Below are positions 18,837-29,236 of a stretch of 64,000 nt of DNA, in pieces (positions within the stretch are counted from its first letter, which is position 1; every line of letters starts with the position of its first letter). Under the pieces are notes generated by a model. That model did not search any database and was not told where the DNA came from. It saw nothing but the letters and a program-made list of their open reading frames with translations. A program made the position numbers and the translations under genes. The stretch comes from Desulfobacterales bacterium (GTDB lineage: Bacteria; Desulfobacterota; Desulfobacteria; Desulfobacterales; UBA2174). The stretch spans positions 64,001-128,000 of the forward strand of contig CAXXWC010000021.1 in the NCBI GenBank assembly GCA_963668645.2, read 5' to 3'.

Positions 18837-18868
18837 AGGCATCTGAAAAACGAGAATCTCCATCCTTC

Positions 18869-19771
18869 TCACGCCGAAGCCAGCAGTTCGCCGATCCGCG
18901 GGTAGGCGTTGATCCCGCTGACCCACTCGGCCGGAATTGCCCCGGGACCCAGGCTGGCACCGAGCAGCATCCCGGCCAGGGTCCCCCGGGCCGCCGAATC
19001 GCCGCCGGCCATGATGTTCTCAATCAGGGCGGTCCTGAGGTCGTCGGGATAGGCGGCGATCAGATGCACCGTGGACGGCAGGGCCTGGTCCACCTCGCAG
19101 GCCTGGCCCAGATCGAGGATCGCCTGGCGGGTTTCGCGCCCCTTGCTCTCCAATCCTGCGGCCACCAGATCGGCGATTTCATCGCCCCCCGCGGTTTCGT
19201 CCAGGGCCGCAGTGAGTGCCGCCACCGGCCCCTGCCCTTCCAGCACCCGCCCCACGGCCCGGGAAAAAAGCTCGGCGCAGGCCAGCACCTGGGGTTGGTT
19301 GTGGGTCGCAACGGTCTGGGCCCTGGCGGCGGCCACCAGGTCTTCCGGGCTCAAGCCGTGAAGAACCAGCAGCGGCGCCATGCGCGCGGCCCCGGCCAGA
19401 TCGGTGGAATGTGAGCCCGCCTCGGGGTATCCTCTGCCGTCAGCCAAGTTTTGCAGGGTCTCCTTGCTGGCCTTGTCCATGTACCCGCCGTAGCCGGCGG
19501 CAAAAACCTGCCAGCGCTGGGCGAAGATCAACGGATCGAACCGTCCGGTCCCGGCGACGGTTTCCAGCAGAAGCAGCATCTGATCGCCGTAGTGGGTAAA
19601 GTCGCCGCGGCGCTTGCCGGCATGGAACTTGGCAAGCTGGGGTGCCAGCAGGTCTTCCACCCGCCCGTACTTGCGGTCGATGACGTGGGTGTTGTAGATC
19701 CAGTGCACGCCCAAGGCCAGGGCGTCAGCAGCAAAGGCGGCCAGGATCGCGGCCTTGCGGTTGTCTTGCAT
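18869..19771 (-). CDS. ADP-ribosylglycohydrolase family protein
   Basis: AADALALGVHW, TH, AGGDSAARG motifs. Confidence 0.8.
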   Translation of the reverse strand: MQDNRKAAILAAFAADALALGVHWIYNTHVIDRKYGRVEDLLAPQLAKFHAGKRRGDFTHYGDQMLLLLETVAGTGRFDPLIFAQRWQVFAAGYGGYMDKASKETLQNLADGRGYPEAGSHSTDLAGAARMAPLLVLHGLSPEDLVAAARAQTVATHNQPQVLACAELFSRAVGRVLEGQGPVAALTAALDETAGGDEIADLVAAGLESKGRETRQAILDLGQACEVDQALPSTVHLIAAYPDDLRTALIENIMAGGDSAARGTLAGMLLGASLGPGAIPAEWVSGINAYPRIGELLASA

Positions 19772-19835
19772 GGTTCACCTCCCGGAGAGTTGGGTCCAGT
19801 TCTGCCCGCTGGATGATCCGCTTGACCTGCCGAGG

Positions 19836-21386
19836 TTATGCGCACCGGGCAGTCGAAACAAGCGCCGTTTGGTTGACCAGGTTAAGACAATGAGAGATGC
19901 AGGGCAACCGCCCGTGTTCTTCGGATGTGGCGTAAACGACCGCCGTACCGGTCCGACTGCCGATAAATTCTATGATTTCAAATATTTTTCTGTGATTGGC
20001 AAAATCCAGCCCCTCGCATGGTTCGTCAAGCAGCAGCAGGTCCGGGGACTTGATAATGGCCCGGGCAATCAGCAGCATCTGCTTTTGACCGTGGGACAAG
20101 TTGCCGAACCTTTTGTCTGCAAGCTGGTCGATGCCCAACGTCTCAAGCAGATTTCCGGCCCGCTGACGCTGCTGCGTGCTGGCGCAGCGGAAGAGCCCCA
20201 CCGAATCGAAAAAGCCGGAATAGACGACTTCCACCCCTTTTATAGCGGGTGGATAGGTCGATTTCAGATCCGATGAAATCCAGCCGATTCTTTTTTTGAT
20301 TTCCCAAACACTTTCGCCGCTGCCCTTTTGTTCTCCGAAAAGATAAATGTTATTGGCATAGGCTTGCAGATTGTCGCCGGTGATCAACTTGAGCAGGCTG
20401 GTCTTGCCGGAACCGGCAGGGCCGGACACCAGCCAATTTTCGCCCTTGCGGATCGTCCAGTTAAAGTTGTGCAATACGGTATGCTGCCCGTAGGCCACCC
20501 GGACATCCACCATTTGCACGAGCTTTGACCCGACCCGGGGGCCGCTGCCGGCATCTGCCGCCAATCGATACGCCGGTTCGATGCACGCCGGCATTTCCCG
20601 ATCCGCAGGATCGTGATCGATGCCATAAATCCGCTTGATTTCGTGAGATTTGAGCACCGTTGCGGCCGGTCCGGCTTTCCGGATGCCCCCGGCGGTGAGG
20701 ATCAGAACATGGTCGATTTCCGGCAGGATGTCTTCCATTTGATGGGTGATCAGGATGACCTGCAAACCGTTTCGTATCAGGCCGCCGATCAAGGCTTTCA
20801 TCTTGTCCTTGGATTGCCGGTCGAATCCATTGAACGGCTCGTCGAGAACCAGCAGCTGCGGATGATTCATCAACGCTTTCAAGATCAACATCGTGCTGAT
20901 TTCACCGCTGGTCAGGGCTCTGACACGCTTGGATAACAGTTCTCGCACCCCGAGCTGGTCCCAAACCTCCAGGCCGGCTGCATCGGACGGTGACCGATCT
21001 ACGGTGCCTGCGAAGCGATCCAGGATAAAATCCGAAACGATCAATGCCTGGCGATCATCGCCGCTAAAATGCCGGAGGTCTTCGGCAAAGGCATCCTTTT
21101 CAAATACCCGGCGGTGCACCTCCGATGAGACGAATCCGATGGTGCGCCGTCCGGGCTTGTCCATTGGATCGTTTGCCGCTGCGTCCGTGAAAACGATCGT
21201 TCCGCCGGATGTAGGCAGTTGTCCGGCAAGCGCCTTGGCCAGGGTGGTTTTGCCCGATCCGTTGGGGCCGATTATCGCCCATTGCTCGCCTTTATTGATC
21301 CGCCAATCGATCCTTTCAAGTACCGTCCGGCCTCTCAGCCGGACGCTGAGATCTTTCACTGTCAAAAAGGGGGGCACTTCCGTCAT
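19836..21386 (-). CDS. Double ABC-ATPase, ModF-like
   Basis: GPNGSGKT and GPAGSGKT; KGSGESVWEIKKRIG; LSHGQ; LLDEP. Confidence 0.85.
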   Translation of the reverse strand: MTEVPPFLTVKDLSVRLRGRTVLERIDWRINKGEQWAIIGPNGSGKTTLAKALAGQLPTSGGTIVFTDAAANDPMDKPGRRTIGFVSSEVHRRVFEKDAFAEDLRHFSGDDRQALIVSDFILDRFAGTVDRSPSDAAGLEVWDQLGVRELLSKRVRALTSGEISTMLILKALMNHPQLLVLDEPFNGFDRQSKDKMKALIGGLIRNGLQVILITHQMEDILPEIDHVLILTAGGIRKAGPAATVLKSHEIKRIYGIDHDPADREMPACIEPAYRLAADAGSGPRVGSKLVQMVDVRVAYGQHTVLHNFNWTIRKGENWLVSGPAGSGKTSLLKLITGDNLQAYANNIYLFGEQKGSGESVWEIKKRIGWISSDLKSTYPPAIKGVEVVYSGFFDSVGLFRCASTQQRQRAGNLLETLGIDQLADKRFGNLSHGQKQMLLIARAIIKSPDLLLLDEPCEGLDFANHRKIFEIIEFIGSRTGTAVVYATSEEHGRLPCISHCLNLVNQTALVSTARCA

Positions 21387-21787
21387 AGGGACAGATCCTT
21401 TTCGCCTGTAAATCGAAGTCTGTCCATCCTCGAAAAGGGGTTTCTCACCGGTTCGCTTCCGGCCCGGCAACCGGATGACAGATCAGTACCGCAGGCGAAT
21501 CGGACCACTCTATCCAAAATCGACTTGCACAGGAAGGACATATTGAAGGATTTTCGCGACTCGATCCCCTTTCGCCCTGCCGGCGGGAAGCGATCAGCGG
21601 CCCCCCGCAGTCAAAACAGAGAAAGGCGATATGGTGCCCGGATCGATCAAAAGGAGTTTCGATGCCTGAGGCGGTCTGGCATTTTGCATAATCGTTCATG
21701 ATGGCTAAAGCTTTCATTTGCTTGGCCGTGGGCCGATCGCAGAAAGTCCGGCGATTTGAGGCAGCGTTCTGCCGCGAACCGATCCTC

Positions 21788-21831
21788 ATTGCCGATGCCG
21801 GCGCTTCGGGTAGAGCACCGGCATCGTCAAT
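21788..21831. terminator. Long hairpin downstream of dctM
   Basis: attg-c-cgatgccgg-c-gct...agc-a-ccggcatcg-t-caat. Confidence 0.4.
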
Positions 21832-21886
21832 GGCGTCTATCGTTGACCGAAAAACATACCGGCCCGGCATAGCGCACTGCCTGGCA

Positions 21887-23200
21887 TCAATTCATAAAAC
21901 CCGGAAGCCACATCACCAGGGCGGGAAAAATAAGCAAAAGCACCGTGCACAGCACATCCACGATGGCAAACGGAATGCACCCCCGGTACATATCACCGAT
22001 GGTGACTTCCGGAGGCGTCACGGTTTTCAGGTAAAAGACCGAATAGGCAAAAGGTGGGGTCATGTTGGAGATTTCCAGGGTCGTGCAAAACAGGATCCCG
22101 AAGTACAGAGGGTCGACGCCGATGGTGTTTAAAATCGGTACAAAAATCGGGGTCAGGATAAAAATCAGGGCGATCCAGTCCATGACCATGCCCAGAAAAA
22201 GGACGATGAGCAGCATCATGAGCACCATCCCGGTGGGTCCCAGGTCAAAGGCCATCATGAAGTTGCGAAGCCCCACGTCCCCCCCCATGCTGATGAACAC
22301 GCCGGTAAAGAGTTTTCCCGCCAGGCAGATAAACAGAATCGCCGCCGTGATTCTCATCGTATAGGTGACGGCCTCGGTAAACACTTTTACCGAAAACCGG
22401 CCGCTGAAAAGGATCAGGACAACCGATCCCAACACCCCCATGGAACCGGCTTCCGATGGCGATACGATACCGAAAAAGATCGAACCCAACACGGCCAGGA
22501 TCAGGAATACCGGAGGAACCAGCGAGCGCAGGGTCATGACGGCCAGTTTTTTGCCCCGGATACGCTCCTTGGCCGAAATCGGCGGCCCGAGATCCGGTCG
22601 CATCCGTGCCCGGCCGTAAATGTAAGCCAAATACATGACCCCGAGCAATATTCCGGGGATAATGGCGGCGACAAACAGTTTGGCGATGGAAACGCCGGTG
22701 GCCGCGCCGTACAAAATCAGCATGATACTCGGCGGTATGGTCACCCCGAGGCCGCCACCCACCATGATGCTGCCGGTGGCCAGGGCCTTGTCATAGCCCC
22801 TGGATAGCATTGACGGCAGGGCCAGCAGACCGATGGTGACGACCCCTGCGCCGACGATGCCGGTGCAGGCGCCGAAAATCGTGGCCATGGCCACCGTGGC
22901 AAGCGCCAGTCCGCCATTAAGGGGGCCCAAAAGGTGGTAAAAGCTTTCGAAGAGCTGATCGGCGATCCCGGATCGTTCCATCAGCGCCCCCATGAAAATG
23001 AAAAGCGGGGCCGCCACGAATTCATAGGTAATGTTGGTCCCCCACCCTTGCATGGCAAACATCGGGAAAATCCGCGGTCCCATTGCGAAATAGCCGATAA
23101 TCAGCGGCACTGAGGCCAGGGAGAACGCAACCGGTATTCCGACAATAATTGCCAGGATGATAAGACCCAGCATGATAAATGCCCAAGTTTCAAGCCCCAT
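21887..23200 (-). CDS. dctM: TRAP transporter large permease
   Basis: APLFIFMG, IPPSIMLILY, NMTPPF; highly hydrophobic. Confidence 0.92.
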   Translation of the reverse strand: MGLETWAFIMLGLIILAIIVGIPVAFSLASVPLIIGYFAMGPRIFPMFAMQGWGTNITYEFVAAPLFIFMGALMERSGIADQLFESFYHLLGPLNGGLALATVAMATIFGACTGIVGAGVVTIGLLALPSMLSRGYDKALATGSIMVGGGLGVTIPPSIMLILYGAATGVSIAKLFVAAIIPGILLGVMYLAYIYGRARMRPDLGPPISAKERIRGKKLAVMTLRSLVPPVFLILAVLGSIFFGIVSPSEAGSMGVLGSVVLILFSGRFSVKVFTEAVTYTMRITAAILFICLAGKLFTGVFISMGGDVGLRNFMMAFDLGPTGMVLMMLLIVLFLGMVMDWIALIFILTPIFVPILNTIGVDPLYFGILFCTTLEISNMTPPFAYSVFYLKTVTPPEVTIGDMYRGCIPFAIVDVLCTVLLLIFPALVMWLPGFMN

Positions 23201-23696
23201 TCGTCGGCCTCCTGATCCTTTGTATCGTACGGACGAGTTCCGGAACACCCTGCATGAGCATCAGAAAAAAGCCCAGGGGAATGAGAAATTTCCACAAATA
23301 AATCGGCTCGCCCCACTGGCTGGTGTTACTGATCTCCGCTGCCCGGTACGACCACACGGTGGCCTTGTAGCCCCACCAGGTCATCACGAAAACGTACGGA
23401 AAGAAAAAAACGATAAGGAAAATGGCATCCAGTATCGCCCTGACCCGCTCTGAACAGCGCATGTAAAGCAAATCCACACGGATATGAGTTCCTTCCCATG
23501 TCACGTAGGCACCGCCCATAAGATACAGAACGGAGTATGTGAACATGGCGGAGTCAAAAGCCCATATGGTCGGGCTGTTAAACACATAGCGGGCAATCAC
23601 CTCGAAGAGAACGACCACGCTGAGGACCAAGGCCGACCAGCGGAAAATTCTGCCGCTCCAAATGCTGATATTGTCGATGATCGCAAGTATCTTCAT
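23190..23696 (-). CDS. dctQ: TRAP transporter small permease
   Basis: EVIARYVFNSPTIW, HIRVD; four TM segments. Confidence 0.9.
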   Translation of the reverse strand: MKILAIIDNISIWSGRIFRWSALVLSVVVLFEVIARYVFNSPTIWAFDSAMFTYSVLYLMGGAYVTWEGTHIRVDLLYMRCSERVRAILDAIFLIVFFFPYVFVMTWWGYKATVWSYRAAEISNTSQWGEPIYLWKFLIPLGFFLMLMQGVPELVRTIQRIRRPTNGA

Positions 23697-23714
23697 TCGC
23701 AATCTCTTTCGTTT

Positions 23715-23766
23715 AAGACTCCCCGCAGCCGCATATGCAGATTTTGGTGAAACTGCGGGGAGTCTT
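23715..23766. terminator. Intergenic stem-loop between dctP and dctQ
   Basis: Perfect 14-bp inverted repeat AAGACTCCCCGCAG / CTGCGGGGAGTCTT. Confidence 0.6.
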
Positions 23767-23859
23767 CCTGATGATGTCCTGGCGTGTTATGCGAACCGGT
23801 GTAAATCAATCTGCCAATGCAGCAATTTTTCCGGTTTCATCGATTGCACGGCCGATTCT

Positions 23860-24972
23860 TTACGAATCTCCCTTGACCAGCCCCAGATGATCCCCGGTCA
23901 TATCGAAATAGTCGATCCATTTTGCGTACGGGCCATAATCCTTTTTGAATTTCGCCCAGGAGGCCAGGACGCGGGCCAGATCCTTGTCTTCTTTCGCTTT
24001 TTTATAGTAGTAATCAGCGGCAGCTTCATCGACGTAGTGTGCCACCTCTTTGGGAAGCAGGCGAACCTCGTTTTTCTTTTCTTCAACCGCTTTTTTCATG
24101 GCGAGCAGATCCTGCTCGAGGTGCCAGGTCAATGATTGGAAGACAGCGTCCCGGCTTGCCCTCTCAACGGCCTTTTTCAGGTCATCCGGCAGTTCATTCC
24201 ACTTATCCAGGTTCACCGCCCAGAAGTTGAAAGGCGATGTCGATTTAGTGGGATGGTAGTAGAGATATTTGGTGACATCGTTGAATCCCAATGGATAGGT
24301 GATGTGAAGATTGCCGTACTCCATGGCGTCGATCACGCCTCTTTCCATCGCAGGCACGATCTCGCCGCCGGAAAGGACCACCACCGACGCGCCCATGGAT
24401 TGCAGCACCTCGCCACGGGTGCCGGCAGCCCGGATCTTGAGCCCTTTGAGATCTTCGATGGTGTTGATTTCCTTGTTGGAAAACACCCAGACTTCTGAAG
24501 TATACGTATTGCAGGCAACGGGATGACAGTTGTATTTCTTTTCAATGATTTCTTCGAAAAGTTCCTTGCCGCCGCCGTTATAGTACCAGATCACCTCTTC
24601 GATGGGACTCTGGGCGCCGGGTGCGTCACAATACCACTGGGCCGCATACGCCTTGGATTTTGCCAGGCAGGGGCAACCATGCCCGAAATCGAGGATGCCC
24701 TGGCCCGCAGCATCAAACACCTGGCCGGCCGGTACTAGTTCTCCGGCCTGTTTGCATTCGACCTTCAGGCGCCCGTCGGTGTATTTGTCGATCAAATAGG
24801 TCAGATGATCGATGTTTTCAAAAATCTTGAGTGATCGGCCGCAAAACGCCTGGCCGACCCACTTATAGGATTTGTCTTTTGCATTGGCTTCCGCGTCCGC
24901 CCATACGAATCCAACCCCCAGAATGAGAAGGACAACCAGAAATGAGCAAAATAAATCTTTGAACCTGTTCAT
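23860..24972 (-). CDS. dctP: TRAP substrate-binding protein
   Basis: Signal peptide; AGELVP, DLKGLKIR, MERGVIDAME, WNELPDDLK. Confidence 0.9.
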   Translation of the reverse strand: MNRFKDLFCSFLVVLLILGVGFVWADAEANAKDKSYKWVGQAFCGRSLKIFENIDHLTYLIDKYTDGRLKVECKQAGELVPAGQVFDAAGQGILDFGHGCPCLAKSKAYAAQWYCDAPGAQSPIEEVIWYYNGGGKELFEEIIEKKYNCHPVACNTYTSEVWVFSNKEINTIEDLKGLKIRAAGTRGEVLQSMGASVVVLSGGEIVPAMERGVIDAMEYGNLHITYPLGFNDVTKYLYYHPTKSTSPFNFWAVNLDKWNELPDDLKKAVERASRDAVFQSLTWHLEQDLLAMKKAVEEKKNEVRLLPKEVAHYVDEAAADYYYKKAKEDKDLARVLASWAKFKKDYGPYAKWIDYFDMTGDHLGLVKGDS

Positions 24973-25120
24973 GTCTCTTTCTCCCATCTTGTTGTTTGAG
25001 GTTTTTCTCTTTATCTACACCCCGCGCAATCCAGCAATCCACTGCGGGGAAAATACAGGAAGGCGGGCATCTTTTCCTGACATCAGGAATTCCTTCCACC
25101 AAGCTTCTTTCTGACGGCTG

Positions 25121-26509
25121 TCAGCCTGTCGGAATTTTGAGAAGCCGAACAAGATCTGAAATGCAATCCATCCGGTCCAGGTTTGCGATTGAGGATTGAA
25201 GATCCTCAATTTGCTGGTTGGTTAAAACCGACGAGGCCAGAATGCGGAATTTTTCTTTCAACTCTTCCGGTGTAAACGGATTATTCGCCGTTCCTTTTGA
25301 ATACTTTTTCTGGCGTGTATAGACTTGCCCGGATCTTGTGGTGACCGTCACTTCGGTGGGAATCGCAACCCCTTTTTCTTCATCAAACACTTTCTCGGCC
25401 AACGGATCAACTTCCATCGTCACCCGGTCGGCGATCTGTCTTGCCAACCTGTTGCCGAACATGTTTTCCTCACTCATCCATTCCGGACCGGGTTTTTTCT
25501 TTAAGGCAACCATTGAAAAGGCATGCGGCAGGCTGAATTGTGCATCGTAAAGCCCCTTCATTTCAGGACTTGAGAGAAAATCGACCGCCCGCGCCACCGT
25601 TTTTACCCGAACCGAGGCGATCTGCCCGGCATCGATGCCTTCCGATTCCATGATATCCGCAAAGGCATCCACACTCGTGTGCCCCCAGGTACAGATCGGA
25701 TAGGGCTTGTATTTGGTGTCCAGGATGTTGTACCGGCTTCCCAGGCCGGTGAGCAGTTGATCCGGATCGCAGCGATCCGATCCCATCATGGCCCAGAAGC
25801 CGGCATCTCCATCGAGAATATCGGCCGCACCAGCCATGCCCCTGCGGGCCATGAGGGTCCAGAACACACCGGTGAAGGTCGTCCAGCCGAAGGGATTTTT
25901 TGAAAACCCCATCGGCCTTTCCACGAATTTTTTCATATCGATCGGGATCGGCGCAACCATGCCTGCCAGGCCCAGGGCATGGCGTATCTGCTCTTTTTCA
26001 AGCCTGAGCAGATATGCACCGACCACGACCGCATCGAAGACTTGCCATGTCGAGGGGAAATATGTCCGTGCCTTTTGCGGTGAAGGCCAGCAGTACATCA
26101 TGATCCGCGATCCGACCTCAAAGCCCAGCACGATGGCCCGGATCACATCGATCCCGGACCTGTTCTGCGACTCTCCGATGGCCAGAGCCGTCGGGACCAG
26201 ACAGTTCGCCTGATGCGCGGTGCCGGCAAACACATCGTCCATATCGAGCAAATTCGCCATGCTTGAGTTCGCCCAGCAAGCAAAAGGAAGCGAAACCGAT
26301 GCGCCGTCACCGATCAACGTGGCGCAATCGGCGCTCTCAAATTGCTTTGCCTGGGCGGCGATCTGTTTGCCTGGAACGATGGCGTACCCTCCGAGGGCGC
26401 ATCCGAGCGCATCCAGGATATAGAGCTTGGTGTGCTCTACGACTTGTTGAGGAATTGTATCCGCGTCAAAGCAGGCGATCTGTTCAATAAGACTCGATGT
26501 GTAAGTCAT
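25121..26509 (-). CDS. MmgE/PrpD family protein
   Basis: LDALGCALGG, LDMDDV, KPYPIC, AQFSLP, KG...NP...L.EKF. Confidence 0.88.
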   Translation of the reverse strand: MTYTSSLIEQIACFDADTIPQQVVEHTKLYILDALGCALGGYAIVPGKQIAAQAKQFESADCATLIGDGASVSLPFACWANSSMANLLDMDDVFAGTAHQANCLVPTALAIGESQNRSGIDVIRAIVLGFEVGSRIMMYCWPSPQKARTYFPSTWQVFDAVVVGAYLLRLEKEQIRHALGLAGMVAPIPIDMKKFVERPMGFSKNPFGWTTFTGVFWTLMARRGMAGAADILDGDAGFWAMMGSDRCDPDQLLTGLGSRYNILDTKYKPYPICTWGHTSVDAFADIMESEGIDAGQIASVRVKTVARAVDFLSSPEMKGLYDAQFSLPHAFSMVALKKKPGPEWMSEENMFGNRLARQIADRVTMEVDPLAEKVFDEEKGVAIPTEVTVTTRSGQVYTRQKKYSKGTANNPFTPEELKEKFRILASSVLTNQQIEDLQSSIANLDRMDCISDLVRLLKIPTG

Positions 26510-26590
26510 CGCTCCGTTTCCTAGAAGTCCGGGACTTCGCTTTCTGATTTCGGTTTCTATTGCAAACCGAAGCGCTGAACCCGGTGGTTG

Positions 26591-27844
26591 TCATTGAGAT
26601 GAGGCGTTAATGGTTTCTTTGGAGATTTTTCTAAACTCCGCATCCGTCAGTACACGTTTCAGATCGTGGGATTTTTGCTTTACCTTTTTCAACACTTCCA
26701 TGGCATCTGCTTCACCGATGGCGATCCCCATTTTTTTTGCCCAGATCTCCACGTTATCAAGACCGCTCTTTTTACCCATCAGAATTCTCGGGTCCTCATG
26801 GCCGACGAATTCCGGGTTTACCGGGAAAACGGTTGTCGGGCTCTGCTCGAAGACGTTTTTATACCAACCGGTCACGATTCCCGACTCGATGGTGTAGGCA
26901 TTTTTACCGATCAGCGGCCGGCAGGGGGGAACCTCCATGCCCGAAAGCGTCTGCACAAGACCCGACAGCTCATTGAGCTTGGCGAAATCGATACCCAGAT
27001 CAATCCCGTACATGGTCAGCAGCGCCAGCGCTGTTTCTTCCATCGGTGTGTTTCCCGCTCTTTCGCCGATGCCCAGGACCGTGGAATGGATCACTTCCGC
27101 CCCGGCCAATACGGCATTTATAGTGTTGGCGACCCCCATCCCGAAATCCATATGAAAATGGATTTCAAGGGGCTTATCGATACGGCGTTTTGCCTCTTTT
27201 GTAAAATAGGAAGCCGCCTGGGGGGAAAGGACACCGAAGGTGTCCACCAGCGTAAACGCATCCATGTGCCCGCTGGAAGCGACCTGCTCGACCAGCTGCA
27301 AAAGCCACTGGATGTCCGAACGGGTTGCGTCGATGGTGAAAAATACCGTATAGAGGCCCTTTTCCTTGGCCAGTGCCGTGGCCTCGATAGATAGATCGAT
27401 GGCCTTTTGCAGCGACCATTTGTAGGCGTTTTCGATCAGGTGCTGGCTGGCCGGAATTTCGATCACGATACCGTCCACCCCGCAATCGGCCGCCAGCTCT
27501 ACGTCTTTTTTCATGCAGCGGCAAAAGCAAAACACCTCCGGCCCCAGCTTGCGTTTGACGATTTCCCGGATGGCGGCCTCATCGTTGGGCGAGACGGCGG
27601 GCATACCGGTTTCGATCCGGTGCACGCCTACTTCGGCCAGTTTTTCGGCGATACGGATTTTATCGTCTTTGCTAAAAATGATCCCTGCCTGTTGCTCTCC
27701 GTCGCGCAGCGTGATGTCGTGGATCTTGACCTTTTCCGGCGGCGTATAGCCTTCGGTGACTTCGGGGAAATAATTCCAGGGGCTCACGTGCCAATTTGCA
27801 CTTTTCCAAGGGGTTGATCCCTTACCTTTTGTCGCTTCACTCAT
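26591..27844 (-). CDS. LeuA/homocitrate synthase-like DRE-TIM acyltransferase, no LeuA regulatory domain evident
   Basis: DITLRDGEQ, HFHMDFG, GIGERAGN, GKKSG. Confidence 0.85.
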   Translation of the reverse strand: MSEATKGKGSTPWKSANWHVSPWNYFPEVTEGYTPPEKVKIHDITLRDGEQQAGIIFSKDDKIRIAEKLAEVGVHRIETGMPAVSPNDEAAIREIVKRKLGPEVFCFCRCMKKDVELAADCGVDGIVIEIPASQHLIENAYKWSLQKAIDLSIEATALAKEKGLYTVFFTIDATRSDIQWLLQLVEQVASSGHMDAFTLVDTFGVLSPQAASYFTKEAKRRIDKPLEIHFHMDFGMGVANTINAVLAGAEVIHSTVLGIGERAGNTPMEETALALLTMYGIDLGIDFAKLNELSGLVQTLSGMEVPPCRPLIGKNAYTIESGIVTGWYKNVFEQSPTTVFPVNPEFVGHEDPRILMGKKSGLDNVEIWAKKMGIAIGEADAMEVLKKVKQKSHDLKRVLTDAEFRKISKETINASSQ

Positions 27845-27878
27845 TTCGGATGCCTCCTGATTTGGATTCAATCAGATT

Positions 27879-28904
27879 TCAGTGAGCCGGTTCCGAAGGC
27901 AGCACATCGTCCACCAGGCAAACCAGATCAATGACTTTCAGATCGAGATTTTGTTTTCGCACAACCTTGTTGAGCTGCATTTCACAGGCCGGGCAATTGG
28001 TTACAACCGCCGACACATCATTTTGCATGAGCTGTTCGATCCTTCTCATCCCCATGCGTTCGCTCAGTTCGGGATGGGTCGCTTCGAGCCCCCCGCCCCC
28101 GCAGCAGGTCGACCAGCGGCCGACTTCTTCAGGATCGTTTTCAACCAGTTCGATCCCTTCGATACGCCGCAGAATTTTCCGGGGTGCTTCGATTAAATTC
28201 AGGTAGCGGGAAAGCTGGCAAGGATCGTGATAGGCGACTTTAATCTCCTTTTCGGACCTGAGACTCGTTTTGCTTTCTTCCAACTTCTGCAAGATGACTT
28301 CTAAAATGTGCATAACCTGCAAGTCGTATCCGTCGACATATTTCGGATATACGTTTTTCAACGCCGACGTGCAGCCGGGTACGAGACCGATAATTTTCCT
28401 GACGCCGTTCTCCATGAAAATTCCATGGTTTTTTTGAGCGATCTCTGCATAATCTTTTTCGAAGCCTGCATAGTAAACCGGCGACCCGCAGCACGGCTCA
28501 TTTTCATGCATGTAGCCGACGTTGACCCCCAGCTTTTGAAGCACACTGACAGCGCTGGCCAAAACCGGAGTGTAGGGATCTTCCTTTGAAGCCGTCATTT
28601 TGGCGGTGATGCTGGCAAGGTCGATCCCGACCTTGCCGAATGCCTTGCTGATCCCGACAACCTTGCCCATCTTCATGCCGAATCGGCCGGCATTTTTCAG
28701 CGTATCCATCATCCCTTCGACATACTTCATGTGCTGATAGCCGCAGCCGGCAAAAAACGTATACTCCCCCTGCCGGGCCAGATTCAGGTCCTTGGCCCAC
28801 AGATTCTTACCTTCAGATACTCCGGTAAGGCAGTCTTTGCTGACCACGTTGTCCTTTATATAGGTATGCCCTGCCGGGATCATCTCTTTGTATGCTTTGC
28901 TCAT
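27879..28904 (-). CDS. CCG-domain (Fe-S)-binding protein, GlcF/HdrD C-terminal-like
   Basis: FFAGC, EPCCG, YHDPCQL, CCGGGG, TNCPAC. Confidence 0.87.
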   Translation of the reverse strand: MSKAYKEMIPAGHTYIKDNVVSKDCLTGVSEGKNLWAKDLNLARQGEYTFFAGCGYQHMKYVEGMMDTLKNAGRFGMKMGKVVGISKAFGKVGIDLASITAKMTASKEDPYTPVLASAVSVLQKLGVNVGYMHENEPCCGSPVYYAGFEKDYAEIAQKNHGIFMENGVRKIIGLVPGCTSALKNVYPKYVDGYDLQVMHILEVILQKLEESKTSLRSEKEIKVAYHDPCQLSRYLNLIEAPRKILRRIEGIELVENDPEEVGRWSTCCGGGGLEATHPELSERMGMRRIEQLMQNDVSAVVTNCPACEMQLNKVVRKQNLDLKVIDLVCLVDDVLPSEPAH

Positions 28905-28906
28905 GA

Positions 28907-29236
28907 TCACTGACCCTCCGCACTTTCGACCAGTTTCACCAGATACTGGCGTGCTTTTAGAATGGTGTCCGCAGGCCGGCAGTCGGTGGACAGCTCCATG
29001 CAACGTTCCTGGCATCGCCGGCACGCTGCACAGGAATAGAGGATGTCGCTCAGGGTTTTGGTATCGCCCAACCCCTGTTTGATGAACAGATTGATCGCCA
29101 TGAGCCTGCCAGCGGCACTCTGGGTGAACCACCCTTCATAGGTGGGGCACATCGCCACACACATCCGGCACTTCCAGCACCGTTGCACGCTATCGGTGAT
29201 TTCCTTCGCCAGCGTATTCAGATCTGAATTATTCAT
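28907..29236 (-). CDS. 4Fe-4S dicluster protein, GlcF N-terminal-like
   Basis: CWKCRMCVAMCP and CAACRRCQERC. Confidence 0.87.
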   Translation of the reverse strand: MNNSDLNTLAKEITDSVQRCWKCRMCVAMCPTYEGWFTQSAAGRLMAINLFIKQGLGDTKTLSDILYSCAACRRCQERCMELSTDCRPADTILKARQYLVKLVESAEGQ

